A stretch of DNA of 63,962 bases, filler included, from Candidatus Hydrogenedentota bacterium (GTDB lineage: Bacteria; JBFMHD01), in assembly GCA_040752395.1 (NCBI GenBank). It is 10 parts of 10 records of this genome, joined end to end, with 100 filler letters (N's around TTAATTAATTAA, not from the genome) between each part and the next. Parts side by side here need not be neighbours in the genome. Positions count along the whole stretch, not along the records: positions 10,089 to 30,122 come from JBFMHD010000021.1; 9 more parts are not named here. The stretch is one strand, 5' to 3'. This document shows positions 18,900 to 29,141 of this stretch, in pieces. Each line of letters begins with the position of its first letter. Position 1 is the stretch's first letter. A program made the position numbers and the translations under genes. The notes beneath the pieces were generated by a model that was not told the DNA's origin, ran no database searches, and saw nothing but the letters and a program-made list of their open reading frames with translations.

Positions 18900-20298
18900 A
18901 ATTTTCTTTTAAATATTCATCGATACTTCTTGCGGCAATCTTACCCTGACCCATCGCTAATATCACAGTCGCAGCACCACTTACTATATCGCCACCTGCA
19001 AATACACCCTTCTTTGAGGTTGCCATTGTCTTTTCATCTACAACAATAGTACCCCATTTTGAGATTTCAAGTCCCGGGGTTGTTCTTGGGATAAGCGGAT
19101 TTGGTTTGTTTCCGAGTGCCGGGATAACCGTATCAACATCAATTATAAACTCGCTGTCAGGAATTGTTATAGGTCTTCGTCTACCGCTCTCATCCTGCTC
19201 ACCTAACTCCATACGATAACATTCTATTCCGATTACTCTACCCTGTTCATCACCCAATATTCTTTTAGGATTTGTTAAGAAATGAAACACAATACCCTCT
19301 TCCTCAGCATGGTGTATCTCTTCTATTCTTGCAGGCATCTCTTTTCTGCTACGCCTATATACAACGGTAGTTTTGGCACCACTTCTTATAGCTGTTCTTG
19401 CAGAATCCATTGCGACATTTCCACCACCTACAACTACAGTTTTTTTACTCACAACAGCTGGTGTAGCATATTCTGGAAAAAGATACGACTTCATAAGGTT
19501 CGAACGAGTAAGATATTCATTAGCAGAATATACTCCTATAAGATTCTCACCCGGGACACCAAGAAACATTGGTAACCCTGCACCTGTTCCGATAAAGATA
19601 GCATCAAAACCAGACTCAAGTAGCTCATCAATACTTGCTGTCATCCCTACAACAAAGTCTGTCCGTATCTTAACACCCATCATTGTGAGATATGATATTT
19701 CGCTTTTAACTATCTCTTTTGGTAACCTGAACTCAGGTATTCCGTAGCTAAGCACGCCACCTGGTTCGTGTAATGCCTCAAAAATTGTAACATCGTGTCC
19801 AAGTTTGATCAGGTCGCCTGCTACAGTTAATCCTGCAGGACCAGACCCAATAATTGCAACTTTTTTATTTGTCTGCTTTTTAATCTCAGGACACGTTATA
19901 ACTCCGTACTCACGTTCATAATCAGCGGCAAACCGTTCAAGCCTGCCAATTGCGACAGGCTCGGTCTTTTTTGCTAATACACATTTTTCTTCACACTGTG
20001 TCTCCTGGGGACAGACCCTGCCTGTTGTTGCAGGTAACGAATTCTGTTCTTTTAGTTTATGAGCTGCTTCAATAAATTTTCCTTCTTCTATAAGCGAGAT
20101 AAAACCCGGTATATCGATATTTACCGGGCATCCTTGTATGCACGCAGGTTTTTTACATTTAAGACAACGTTGAGCTTCCTTGATAGCTATCTCTGGCGGA
20201 AATCCATAAGGTACCTCATTATAATTATGTCTTCTTTTTAACGGGTCTTGTTCTGGCATCTTCTGTCTTGGGATCGCCATTCTCTCTTTAGGATCCAT
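18898..20298 (-). CDS. nfnB: NfnB-like (GltD/SudA family) NADPH-binding flavo-iron-sulfur subunit
   Basis: RCLKCKKPACIQGCP, GRVCPQETQCEEKC, GSGPAG, YGIPEFRLPK, GGGNVAMD, YRRS; an NfnA domain lies immediately upstream. Confidence 0.85.
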   Translation of the reverse strand: MDPKERMAIPRQKMPEQDPLKRRHNYNEVPYGFPPEIAIKEAQRCLKCKKPACIQGCPVNIDIPGFISLIEEGKFIEAAHKLKEQNSLPATTGRVCPQETQCEEKCVLAKKTEPVAIGRLERFAADYEREYGVITCPEIKKQTNKKVAIIGSGPAGLTVAGDLIKLGHDVTIFEALHEPGGVLSYGIPEFRLPKEIVKSEISYLTMMGVKIRTDFVVGMTASIDELLESGFDAIFIGTGAGLPMFLGVPGENLIGVYSANEYLTRSNLMKSYLFPEYATPAVVSKKTVVVGGGNVAMDSARTAIRSGAKTTVVYRRSRKEMPARIEEIHHAEEEGIVFHFLTNPKRILGDEQGRVIGIECYRMELGEQDESGRRRPITIPDSEFIIDVDTVIPALGNKPNPLIPRTTPGLEISKWGTIVVDEKTMATSKKGVFAGGDIVSGAATVILAMGQGKIAARSIDEYLKEN

Positions 20299-20311
20299 CT
20301 ATTATCCCCTT

Positions 20312-20412
20312 TGACAAGTTAAAAGTTAAAAGTAAAGAAAGCGAAAATATACACTTCCTTGCCGTATCTTTCAATCTTTTAATCTTTGTGCCTTTGTGCC
20401 TCTTGCTTCTAA
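20312..20412. repeat. Repeat module (AAAGTTA, TCTTTCAA and TTTGTGCC units)
   Basis: About 60 nt AAAGTTAAAAGTAAAGAAAGCGAAAATATACACTT...GCCGTATCTTTCAATCTTT shared with about 42191-42250. Confidence 0.8.
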
Positions 20413-22866
20413 TTAATGACATATTGAATGATCCTGGGGTAATGATTTAATCTCTTCTAAATTATAAGCGTTTAATCTCTGCATAAGCTCTAACCAGTTA
20501 ATTTTGTGGCCATCAAGAAATGTGCCATCAACACAAACAAATTTTGTCTGGTCACCTACGGATACCCTGCAAGCGCCACACATACCTGTGCCATCCATCA
20601 TTATCGAATTAAGAGCGGTCATAGTTGGGATACCTAAATTTTTAGTAGACTCACTTACTAACATCATCATAAAAGCACAACCTACTATAAACACCTGATC
20701 TATGGTTTCACCTTGTTCTGCAAGTAATGTAATAGCCTCGCCTACCCCTCCTTTTATTCCATAAGAACCATCCTTTGTTGCGATTAATAGCTTATCTGAA
20801 TATTCAGCTATCTTATCTTCCCGGTATAAAAGATAATGTGTAGAGGCTTCAATTATAGATATCACTCTATTTCCTGCTTTTTTCAATTCACGGCAAATCG
20901 GTAAAATCGCGCCAACACCAAAACAGCCACCACCACATACAACTGTGCCGTATCGCTTAATCGAAACAGGGTTACCAAGTGGTCCTACAAAATGTGCTAA
21001 TGTATCACCTGCGGAAAGCATTACCATCTCTCTACTTGATCTCCCCACCTCCTGCACAATCAAAGTTACAGTCCCATGCTCGACGTTCCAATCAGCTATT
21101 GTATATGGTATTCTTTCTGATTTATCATTAACCATCGCTATCACGAACTGGCCTGGTTTACATTTTTTTGCGATATCCGGTGCTTGTATAGTAATCGTAT
21201 GAAAATTAGGGACTATCTCTTGTTTTTCTACAATTTTGAACTCTGTCTTTTTAGTTATGTCTTCTTGCCTCTCAATTTTCATAATAGTTCTTAACGCACC
21301 AAGGATATCTGCCAAATAATGACCTCGATAATACCTCGGCAAATCTTTTATGTCTTCAAGTGGCGAAGACAGAGGCATCTCCTGTCTTCTGTCTTCTAAG
21401 GTGGCAGTGCCACCAGCCAAATTTCTATATGAAGGCTTTTGACGCCATATAGTTGAGTTAAAATTCTGCGCAAATTGCACAGATCTTACGATATAAGAAT
21501 CTAATTGAGCTCCCATCTCTTTAGCGATATCACAAATTATTCTGCTTACTGTGTTGCTATCAGGTGGTGGAACCAGCGCTTCACCCGTTTCCTGTGGTAA
21601 AGTGAGTGCAAATAGAACATCAGCGGATTCACTCATAAAAGAAGGGAATACATCAAGTGCAATAATTACCTCTAAATTTTTTAATGAATCTTTATCTATA
21701 TAATCTCCGGTAGTTATAACAGCTTTTGTTTCCTGGTTGAGTTTTATTTTATCATCTTGTTTTTCTACGACATGGCAGTTTTCCGAGTTCATAACGTTTT
21801 TAGTAAAATTTTTCAGTATATCAATCTCTTCGATTAAAGCGTTGTAATATATAATAGTAGCGAATTGGTTGCCTTTATAATTAAGTAATTTAGCTGCTGC
21901 GTGTTTTACAGCATCAGTCCAGGGGACTTTTCGTATACCATCCTGAAGTTTAATATAATTAGATGTTATACGTTTAGGCGATTCAAATAATTGTGGCAGA
22001 ATAAATCGTGCTCCTATGCATATCTTGTGTTCTTGTTTGAAACTCTTTGCCATAGCACCGATTACTTTATTATCTTTTATACGGAGATAGAAATCGCAAT
22101 TAATCGAACAGAGGTCACAAATCGTCTCTTTTATTTTATCTTCTTTGCCATACCATTTTGCATATCTATCAGAGAGCGCACCTGTGGTGCATATATCAAC
22201 ACAAGCTCCACAGAACAAACAACCTGTTTCAGTGTGGTCTTGATAAAAAGCTGTGCCGATACGAGCCGCTCTCCCTCTGTTAATAAAAGCGATAAATGGT
22301 TTTTTATGCAAATTCTGACATACTCTGACGCACCTCCCACAGAGTATGCAAAGATTATAATCTCTATCCATAAATGGGTCTCTTCTTTCAAGCGGGATGT
22401 TGTTGTAAATTACAGGTAATCCGATATCATCAATATTATACTCTTTTACAAGTTTTTTAAGCTCACATATATCAGTATTACTGCAGGTATTACATCTTAT
22501 AGTCTTTCCTGTTTTAGTTGGCTTTGGTCGATACTTTTCACAGAGTTCTCGATGCAAGCAGACTATACAGGGACTTGTATGATTACTTAACAGGAGCTTA
22601 ATTATATTCTTTCTGTAGCTTATAATTTCAGGTGTATTTGTTTTTATAGACATCCCATTTTTAACAAAAGTATTACAGGACGTTTGAAACCCTTTCATTC
22701 CCTCGATCTCAACAATGCATATTCTACAGCCGCCAAATGGTTCTAATTCTTCGTGGTTGCATAAGTAGGGGATAATAATCCCGGCTCGTTTAGCTGCTTC
22801 AATAACTGTCTCATCAGGGTTTGCTTCAACTATTTTACCATCAATAGTTAAGATAATTTTATCCAT
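20413..22866 (-). CDS. Fusion of a NuoG/HydA-like Fe-S N-terminus and truncated molybdopterin-family scaffold to a C-terminal NfnA (SudB-like) domain
   Basis: LCNH...GGCRIC...SC [2Fe-2S]; HxxxCxxC; CILCGRCVRVC and CLFCGACVDIC; CDLCSINC; C-terminal PGQFV, ERIPYTIAD, GPLG, DGTGMCGACR, CVDG. Confidence 0.85.
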   Translation of the reverse strand: MDKIILTIDGKIVEANPDETVIEAAKRAGIIIPYLCNHEELEPFGGCRICIVEIEGMKGFQTSCNTFVKNGMSIKTNTPEIISYRKNIIKLLLSNHTSPCIVCLHRELCEKYRPKPTKTGKTIRCNTCSNTDICELKKLVKEYNIDDIGLPVIYNNIPLERRDPFMDRDYNLCILCGRCVRVCQNLHKKPFIAFINRGRAARIGTAFYQDHTETGCLFCGACVDICTTGALSDRYAKWYGKEDKIKETICDLCSINCDFYLRIKDNKVIGAMAKSFKQEHKICIGARFILPQLFESPKRITSNYIKLQDGIRKVPWTDAVKHAAAKLLNYKGNQFATIIYYNALIEEIDILKNFTKNVMNSENCHVVEKQDDKIKLNQETKAVITTGDYIDKDSLKNLEVIIALDVFPSFMSESADVLFALTLPQETGEALVPPPDSNTVSRIICDIAKEMGAQLDSYIVRSVQFAQNFNSTIWRQKPSYRNLAGGTATLEDRRQEMPLSSPLEDIKDLPRYYRGHYLADILGALRTIMKIERQEDITKKTEFKIVEKQEIVPNFHTITIQAPDIAKKCKPGQFVIAMVNDKSERIPYTIADWNVEHGTVTLIVQEVGRSSREMVMLSAGDTLAHFVGPLGNPVSIKRYGTVVCGGGCFGVGAILPICRELKKAGNRVISIIEASTHYLLYREDKIAEYSDKLLIATKDGSYGIKGGVGEAITLLAEQGETIDQVFIVGCAFMMMLVSESTKNLGIPTMTALNSIMMDGTGMCGACRVSVGDQTKFVCVDGTFLDGHKINWLELMQRLNAYNLEEIKSLPQDHSICH

Positions 22867-22869
22867 AAA

Positions 22870-24744
22870 TCAATTTTTACAGACTCCCTTTTTAACAGCA
22901 GAAACCTTTGTGGGACAAACATCAAGACATTGACCACATCTTATGCATTTTTTAGAATCTATACTGTGTACCTGCTTCAATTCGCCAGTAATTGCATTTA
23001 CAGGACAGATTTTAAAACATAGATTGCAACCAGTACATTTATCAATATCAATAAAATATTCAATCAAGTCTTTACAAACTAAAGCCTGGCAGTGTTTTTC
23101 TTTTATATGCGCTTCATATTCGTTTCTAAAATATTTTATAGTAGAGAGCACGGGGTTTGGCAGGGTCTGACCAAGACCACATAAACTGCATAATCTTATA
23201 GTCTCAGATAATTCCTCAAGTTTATCAATATAAGATAACGAGGCATTACCTTGAGTTATCGCAGTTAAATATTGAAGTAGATGTACCGAACCGATCCTGC
23301 AGGGAATACATTTGCCACAGGATTCATTGTTTGTGAATTCTAAAAAGTATCGCGCTATATCAACTATACAGGTATCTTCATCTAAAACAATCATACCACC
23401 AGAACCCATAATAGAACCGGCTTTTGTTAGTTCTTCATAATCGACTTTCAAATCCATAAGCTCAGCAGGTATGCAGCCGCCTGAAGGGCCACCTGTCTGA
23501 ACAGCTTTTAATCTTTTGTTATTTGGGATGCCACCACCTATATCATATATTACTTCTTTAAGCGTTATGCCCATAGGGACTTCAATAAGCCCTGTATGCT
23601 TAACTTTTCCTGCAAGCGCAAAGACTTTTGTACCTTTGCTCTTTGTAGTGCCTAACTGAGCGAACGTATCCGCTCCTTTTTGTATGATCCATGGAACATT
23701 TGCGAAGGTCTCGACATTATTTATAACAGTCGGTTTTTTGTGTAATCCACAGACAGCAGGGAACGGTGGTCTCGATGACGGCATTCCGCGTCTGCCCTCA
23801 ATCGAAGCGATTAATGCGGTCTCTTCACCACAGACAAATGCTCCAGCACCCTCCTTAATCTCAATCTCAAAATCAAACCCGCTCCCCATTATATCCCTCC
23901 CTAAAAACCCCAGATTATATGCTTGCTCTATAGCGATTTTAAGTCTTTTAACAGCAAGCGGATACTCTGCCCTTACATATATATATCCGTTTCTCGTACC
24001 GACTGCATAAGCAGCAATAATCATACCTTCAAGTACAGAATGTGGGTCACTCTCAAGGACAGCTCGATCCATAAACGCTCCCGGGTCTCCCTCATCTGCA
24101 TTACATATTATGTATTTAATATCGCTCTCAGTATTTCTTGCGATCTCCCATTTTACGCCAGTGTGGAAGCCGGCACCACCTCGTCCTCTCAACATAGAAT
24201 CCTTTACCTCTTTAATGACATCAGCTGGTGTTATGGTAAATGCTTTTAATAAAGCAGAATAACCATCTCTTGCTATGTAATGGTTTATATTTACCGGGTC
24301 TATGATACCAGCGTTCCTTAATACTATTCGCTGCTGTTTGTTTAACATTGGCAACTCAGTAATTTGTTTTATGCCTGGTATTTTCATCTCGCCGGTCGTG
24401 CAAAGTGCGAGGTCAATTCTTGGATTATTTTTTAAAATAACGTCATCTATAATTTGTGGTAGAATTTTTTCGTTAACGTTCCCGTACATTATGCGTCTTT
24501 TATCTGGTAAACATATCTCTACAATGGGTTCTGCATAACACATTCCGATACAACCTACTTCGTAAATCTCACATTGTATTTTTTTAGTTTTAATCTCTTT
24601 TTTAAAAGAATCACAGACTTTTAATGCACCCGAAGCTATACCGCAAGTTGCAGCCCCTATTAACATTCGTATCTGTTTGCTATTATTGAAGTTTTCCCAT
24701 TCTATCTCTGCTTTTCTTTTTAACTCTTTGAATCTCTCAATCAT
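22870..24744 (-). CDS. NuoF/HydB-like FMN- and NADH-binding subunit, long bifurcating-type architecture
   Basis: N-terminal thioredoxin-like domain; GRGGAGF, NADEGDPGAFMDR, GGPSGG, ESCGKCIPCR; C-terminal 2x[4Fe-4S]. Confidence 0.92.
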   Translation of the reverse strand: MIERFKELKRKAEIEWENFNNSKQIRMLIGAATCGIASGALKVCDSFKKEIKTKKIQCEIYEVGCIGMCYAEPIVEICLPDKRRIMYGNVNEKILPQIIDDVILKNNPRIDLALCTTGEMKIPGIKQITELPMLNKQQRIVLRNAGIIDPVNINHYIARDGYSALLKAFTITPADVIKEVKDSMLRGRGGAGFHTGVKWEIARNTESDIKYIICNADEGDPGAFMDRAVLESDPHSVLEGMIIAAYAVGTRNGYIYVRAEYPLAVKRLKIAIEQAYNLGFLGRDIMGSGFDFEIEIKEGAGAFVCGEETALIASIEGRRGMPSSRPPFPAVCGLHKKPTVINNVETFANVPWIIQKGADTFAQLGTTKSKGTKVFALAGKVKHTGLIEVPMGITLKEVIYDIGGGIPNNKRLKAVQTGGPSGGCIPAELMDLKVDYEELTKAGSIMGSGGMIVLDEDTCIVDIARYFLEFTNNESCGKCIPCRIGSVHLLQYLTAITQGNASLSYIDKLEELSETIRLCSLCGLGQTLPNPVLSTIKYFRNEYEAHIKEKHCQALVCKDLIEYFIDIDKCTGCNLCFKICPVNAITGELKQVHSIDSKKCIRCGQCLDVCPTKVSAVKKGVCKN

Positions 24745-24746
24745 AC

Positions 24747-25187
24747 CTATATCTCATCCAGCAGTTTTCTAACCATTTGTGGCGTCATTCGACCATAAAC
24801 ATTATTGTCTATAACGACAACAGGTGCAAGAGCACAGGAGCCAAAACAAGCCACTCTTAAAAGACTGAACTTGTAATCTTTAGTAGTCTCTCCTGATTTT
24901 ATGCCGAGATAATTACATACATCTTCATAGATACGTTGACCACCGCGAACATGACAGGCAGTACCAAGACAGATATTAATGATATGGTCTCCTGGTTTAG
25001 TGAACCTGAATTGAGCAAAAAACGTCGCAACACCGTATATATCATTTTCCGAGACATCAATATATTTTGCAATCTCTTTAAGTGATTCTCTTGATATATA
25101 TCCCTGGTTTTTTTGTATTTCCTGAAGAAGCGGTATCAAGCTATCTCGTTCTGGTTTATATTTTTTAAATATCTCTTGAAAATTCAT
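24747..25187 (-). CDS. NuoE/HydC-like [2Fe-2S] subunit
   Basis: CLGTACHVRG...CFGSCALAP; ATG at 25187 preferred as start. Confidence 0.92.
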   Translation of the reverse strand: MNFQEIFKKYKPERDSLIPLLQEIQKNQGYISRESLKEIAKYIDVSENDIYGVATFFAQFRFTKPGDHIINICLGTACHVRGGQRIYEDVCNYLGIKSGETTKDYKFSLLRVACFGSCALAPVVVIDNNVYGRMTPQMVRKLLDEI

Positions 25188-25296
25188 TTTTGATCCATCA
25201 ACCTGACCCTGGTCCAATCCGTCAAACCCTTTAGGCTCACGGATGAGCACGGGACATTTTTTGCAAAGACTGCGAAATTGTTAACCCTGTGCCGCT

Positions 25297-28200
25297 CTAT
25301 TTAGAATAATCCATTTGAGCTAAACGTTTATAATGTGTGTAACGTTCAAGCATAGCTTTTTCTGCTTTTTCATAAAGCTCTTCAGCTCTATCTGGAAATT
25401 GTTTCTTTAATGAACTGAACCTTGTCTCGGCCATTAAAAATTCCTTGAATTTACCATTCGGCTCCTTTGATTCGAAAATAAACGGATTTTTACCTTCTTT
25501 AGCGAGCAAAGGGTTATAACGGTACACAGGCCAGTACCCGCATTCTACAGCAAGCCTCTCTTCCTCAATCGACTTTGCCATATCAAGCCCATGATTTATA
25601 CATGGGCAATAACAAATTATAAGTGATGGCCCCTTATACGATTCAGCTTCAATTAAAGCATTCAGATACTGCTGTTTGTTATAACCTATTGCACAACTTG
25701 CAACATAGACATATCCATAAGATAGAGCCATCATGCCTAAATCTTTTTTTCTTACATCTTTACCAGCCATAGCAAAGCGTGCAACCGCAGAAAGCTGTGT
25801 GGCTTTAGATGCCTGACCACCTGTATTCGAATATACCTCTGTATCAAGAACAAATAGATTAATATTAACACCTGTAGAAATAATATGATCAAGTCCACCA
25901 TACCCGATGTCATAAGCCCAGCCATCTCCACCAACACACCAGATGCTCCTATCAACAAAATAATCTTTTAATTCAATAACCCTTTTTATGGCCTCTTTAT
26001 TTTCGGTGCTTGCCTGATTATATGCTTTATCAAGAAGGATACAGGTTCTATCAGCTGCTTCCATAGCTTCACTATCAACTTTATCCCATAACTCTTTATT
26101 TTTATTTAACGCCAGGCTAAGCTCGTGCGGGATTTTTAATTCAAGTAGTCTGTTTATTTTATTAAGTAGCTGTTTACGATTAGCGTTTACAGCAAGCCGC
26201 ATACCAAAACCATACTCTGCATTGTCTTCAAATAAAGAATTAGCCCATGTAGGTCCCCTACCAGCTTTTGTTACACAATATGGTATTATGGGGAAAGTAC
26301 CGCCGTAAATAGAAGAACACCCTGTAGCATTTGCTATCATCAAACGTTCACCAAATAACTGGGTAATTAATCTCAAATACGGTGTTTCACCGCAGCCACC
26401 ACAAGCGCCATGAAACTCAAGTAATGGTTTTAAAAACTGGCTGCCTTTAAGTTGAGAAGGTTTGGTTCCGTCAAGGATGTTATCAGGCAGATTTTCAAAA
26501 AATTCTGAATTTTCACGTTCGAGATTGGCACGTTCGGCTTCTATCGGTGTTATAACAAGCGCATCTTTGGGACAGGTGTTAACACAACTCCCACAACCTA
26601 CACAATCTTCTATATATACTTGGATCCGGTATTGTAAGTTGCGCTCATTCTTTGTTGTGGACTTAAGAGTTTTAAATGTAGGGGGTGCATTTTTTAGATC
26701 GTCAGGTAGAATCTGTTTTGAACGGATTACTGAATGTGAACATACATACGAACATTGATTACACTGGATACATTTTTCAGGAACCCAGTGAGGTACAAAC
26801 GGTGCTATCCCGCGTTTCTCAAGTTTGCTTGTTGCAGTAGGGATCGCACCATCAACTGGCATCTTTGAAACAGGTATCTCATCACCTTTTAGTCTCATTA
26901 TCGGTTCTATCACGCTTTTTTCGAAGTCCGAGGCATTATCAGGAATAAGTTTTATAACAGGAGCTGATTTAGAAACTTTATCAGGGATTGGTATCTCTAA
27001 AAGTGCTTCAGCGGTTTTATCAACACAGTCCCAGTTCATCTGCACTACTTTGTCGCCTTTGGCTCCATAAGTCTTCTTTATCGCATCCTTAAGCAATTTA
27101 ATGGCTTTTTCTTCAGAAAGCACATTTGAGATTTTAAAGAACGCAGCCTGCATCACAGAATTGATTCTGCCACCCAACCCAACTTCTTTTGCAATCTTTA
27201 AAGCATCGATATTGTAAAACTTTATTTTTTTGGTTATAATTGTTTTCTGCATATCTTCTGTCAGATGCTCAAAAACCTCATCTTTAGACCAGGGCGAGTT
27301 TAATAAAAATACACCTCCTTCTTTGATCCCTTCTAATATATCATATCTTCCAATATATGCCGGGTTATGAAGCGCAATGAACTCGAATGTCGTTGGGAGA
27401 TAAGATGATTGTATTTTTGATTTACCAAACCTTAAAAACGATATTGTAATACCACCTGATTTCTTTGAATCATAAACAAAATATCCCTGGGCATTCATAT
27501 CAGTATTATCACCGATAATTTTAATTGAGTTTTTACAAGAACCGACAGTGCCATCAGACCCATAGCCCCAGAATTTACACCGCACAACGCCTTCAGGCTC
27601 GGTCTCGATATGTTTATGAATTTTTATTGATGTATGCGTAACATCATCAGTGATACCAACAGTGAAATTATGAAAAGCCTCGTTATCAAGATGGTCATAA
27701 ACAGCTTGCACCATTGACGGCGTAAACTCTTTTGAAGATAAACCATATCTGCCACCGATAATTTTTATATCACTGTCTTTTAACGCAGCTATAACATCAA
27801 GATATAACGGTTCACCGATAGCACCTGGCTCTTTTGTCCTATCAAGTACAGCTATTTTTTTTACGGTTTTGGGGATAGAGTCGATAAAATCAGGGACTGA
27901 GAAAGGTCGATATAACCGAACCTTTATAGCACCCACTTTTTCTCCTTTTTTGTTTAAATAATTCACTGTCTCTTCAATCGTGTCGCATGAAGAACACATC
28001 GCAATAATTATTTTTGTAGCTTGCGGGTCACCAACATAGTCAAATAATTTATAAGAACGCCCGATTTTCTCTGCTATAAGCCCCATATATTTTTTAACAA
28101 TCTGAGGGAGCCGATCATAATATCTATTAACTGTTTCTCTTCCTTGAAAATATACGTCCGGGTTCTGAGCACCAACCTTGATCATAGGTCTATTAGGACT

Positions 28201-28824
28201 TAATGCTCTCTCTCTAAACTCTTGCACAAATTTCATATCAAGCAGCTCTGACATAGTCTCATATGGTATCATCTCAACTTTCTGAACCTCATGAGACGTC
28301 CGAAAACCATCAAAGAAGTTCAAGAAAGGGACTCGCGATTCTAATGTTGCAAGATGCGAGACTAAAGCTAAATCCATAACTTCCTGTATTGAAGAAGCTG
28401 CCATTAAAGCAAAACCTGTATTCCTAACACCCATAACATCAGAATGGTCTCCAAAAATAGAGAGGGATTGACATGCAAGCGAACGCGCAGAGACATGAAA
28501 AACCACTGGCAAGAGCTCACCCGCTATTTTATGCATATTAGGTATCATTAAAAGTAGTCCTTGAGCCGCTGTAAAAGTAGAACACATAGCCCCGGCTGTT
28601 AAAACTCCATGTACAGCACCAGCTGCACCACCCTCAGACTGCATCTCTATTACATCAACTATCTCTCCAAACAGATTCTTTCTACCTTTCACAGCCCACT
28701 CATCAACCAGCTCTCCCATTGGTGAAGATGGTGTAATAGGATAGATTGCAGCCACTTCGCTGAAAGCATAAGCCACATACGAAGCGGATTCATTCCCGTC
28801 TATCGCTTGTTTTATAGTGTTCAT
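25297..28824 (-). CDS. nifJ: Pyruvate:ferredoxin (flavodoxin) oxidoreductase, single chain
   Basis: YPITP, EMQSEGGAAGA, FFDGFRTSHE, two CxxCxxC ferredoxin motifs, GDGWAYDIG TPP motif; start ATG 28824. Confidence 0.96.
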   Translation of the reverse strand: MNTIKQAIDGNESASYVAYAFSEVAAIYPITPSSPMGELVDEWAVKGRKNLFGEIVDVIEMQSEGGAAGAVHGVLTAGAMCSTFTAAQGLLLMIPNMHKIAGELLPVVFHVSARSLACQSLSIFGDHSDVMGVRNTGFALMAASSIQEVMDLALVSHLATLESRVPFLNFFDGFRTSHEVQKVEMIPYETMSELLDMKFVQEFRERALSPNRPMIKVGAQNPDVYFQGRETVNRYYDRLPQIVKKYMGLIAEKIGRSYKLFDYVGDPQATKIIIAMCSSCDTIEETVNYLNKKGEKVGAIKVRLYRPFSVPDFIDSIPKTVKKIAVLDRTKEPGAIGEPLYLDVIAALKDSDIKIIGGRYGLSSKEFTPSMVQAVYDHLDNEAFHNFTVGITDDVTHTSIKIHKHIETEPEGVVRCKFWGYGSDGTVGSCKNSIKIIGDNTDMNAQGYFVYDSKKSGGITISFLRFGKSKIQSSYLPTTFEFIALHNPAYIGRYDILEGIKEGGVFLLNSPWSKDEVFEHLTEDMQKTIITKKIKFYNIDALKIAKEVGLGGRINSVMQAAFFKISNVLSEEKAIKLLKDAIKKTYGAKGDKVVQMNWDCVDKTAEALLEIPIPDKVSKSAPVIKLIPDNASDFEKSVIEPIMRLKGDEIPVSKMPVDGAIPTATSKLEKRGIAPFVPHWVPEKCIQCNQCSYVCSHSVIRSKQILPDDLKNAPPTFKTLKSTTKNERNLQYRIQVYIEDCVGCGSCVNTCPKDALVITPIEAERANLERENSEFFENLPDNILDGTKPSQLKGSQFLKPLLEFHGACGGCGETPYLRLITQLFGERLMIANATGCSSIYGGTFPIIPYCVTKAGRGPTWANSLFEDNAEYGFGMRLAVNANRKQLLNKINRLLELKIPHELSLALNKNKELWDKVDSEAMEAADRTCILLDKAYNQASTENKEAIKRVIELKDYFVDRSIWCVGGDGWAYDIGYGGLDHIISTGVNINLFVLDTEVYSNTGGQASKATQLSAVARFAMAGKDVRKKDLGMMALSYGYVYVASCAIGYNKQQYLNALIEAESYKGPSLIICYCPCINHGLDMAKSIEEERLAVECGYWPVYRYNPLLAKEGKNPFIFESKEPNGKFKEFLMAETRFSSLKKQFPDRAEELYEKAEKAMLERYTHYKRLAQMDYSK

Positions 28825-28833
28825 GGACACGAT

Positions 28834-29135
28834 ACCTCCTCTGAAAAACATTGTAATTATAATAATATCAAGTAGAAGCAAGAAGCAAGATAACGGAAGA
28901 AGTGAGAAGTATCAGGACAGGCTACAGGCTACAGGCTACGGACTACAGCCGGCTGGAGCCAAAAGCCCAAAGCCTGCTGAAAAGTCTTGAGTCTTGAGTC
29001 TTGAGTCTCGAGTCCTGTTTTGACTCACGACTTGCGACTCACGACTCTTTTCATATCATCTTTAGTTTTTCATATATTGTGTAGAGCGCAAAAACGCAAG
29101 AACCCAAGAACCCAAGAACCTAAGAACCCAATTTA
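28834..29135. repeat. Mosaic repeat copy supplying the AGGAGGT SD of PFOR
   Basis: ACCTCCTCTGAAAAAC end; CAGCCGGCTG at 28946-28955. Confidence 0.9.
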
Positions 29136-29141
29136 GTCTCA

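Noticed and set aside
18898-20298. Glutamate synthase small subunit
   Set aside because: No gltB nearby; the adjacent NfnA domain points to NfnB
20413-22866. [FeFe]-hydrogenase or formate dehydrogenase catalytic subunit
   Set aside because: No H-cluster motifs, and the molybdopterin-family region is far too short
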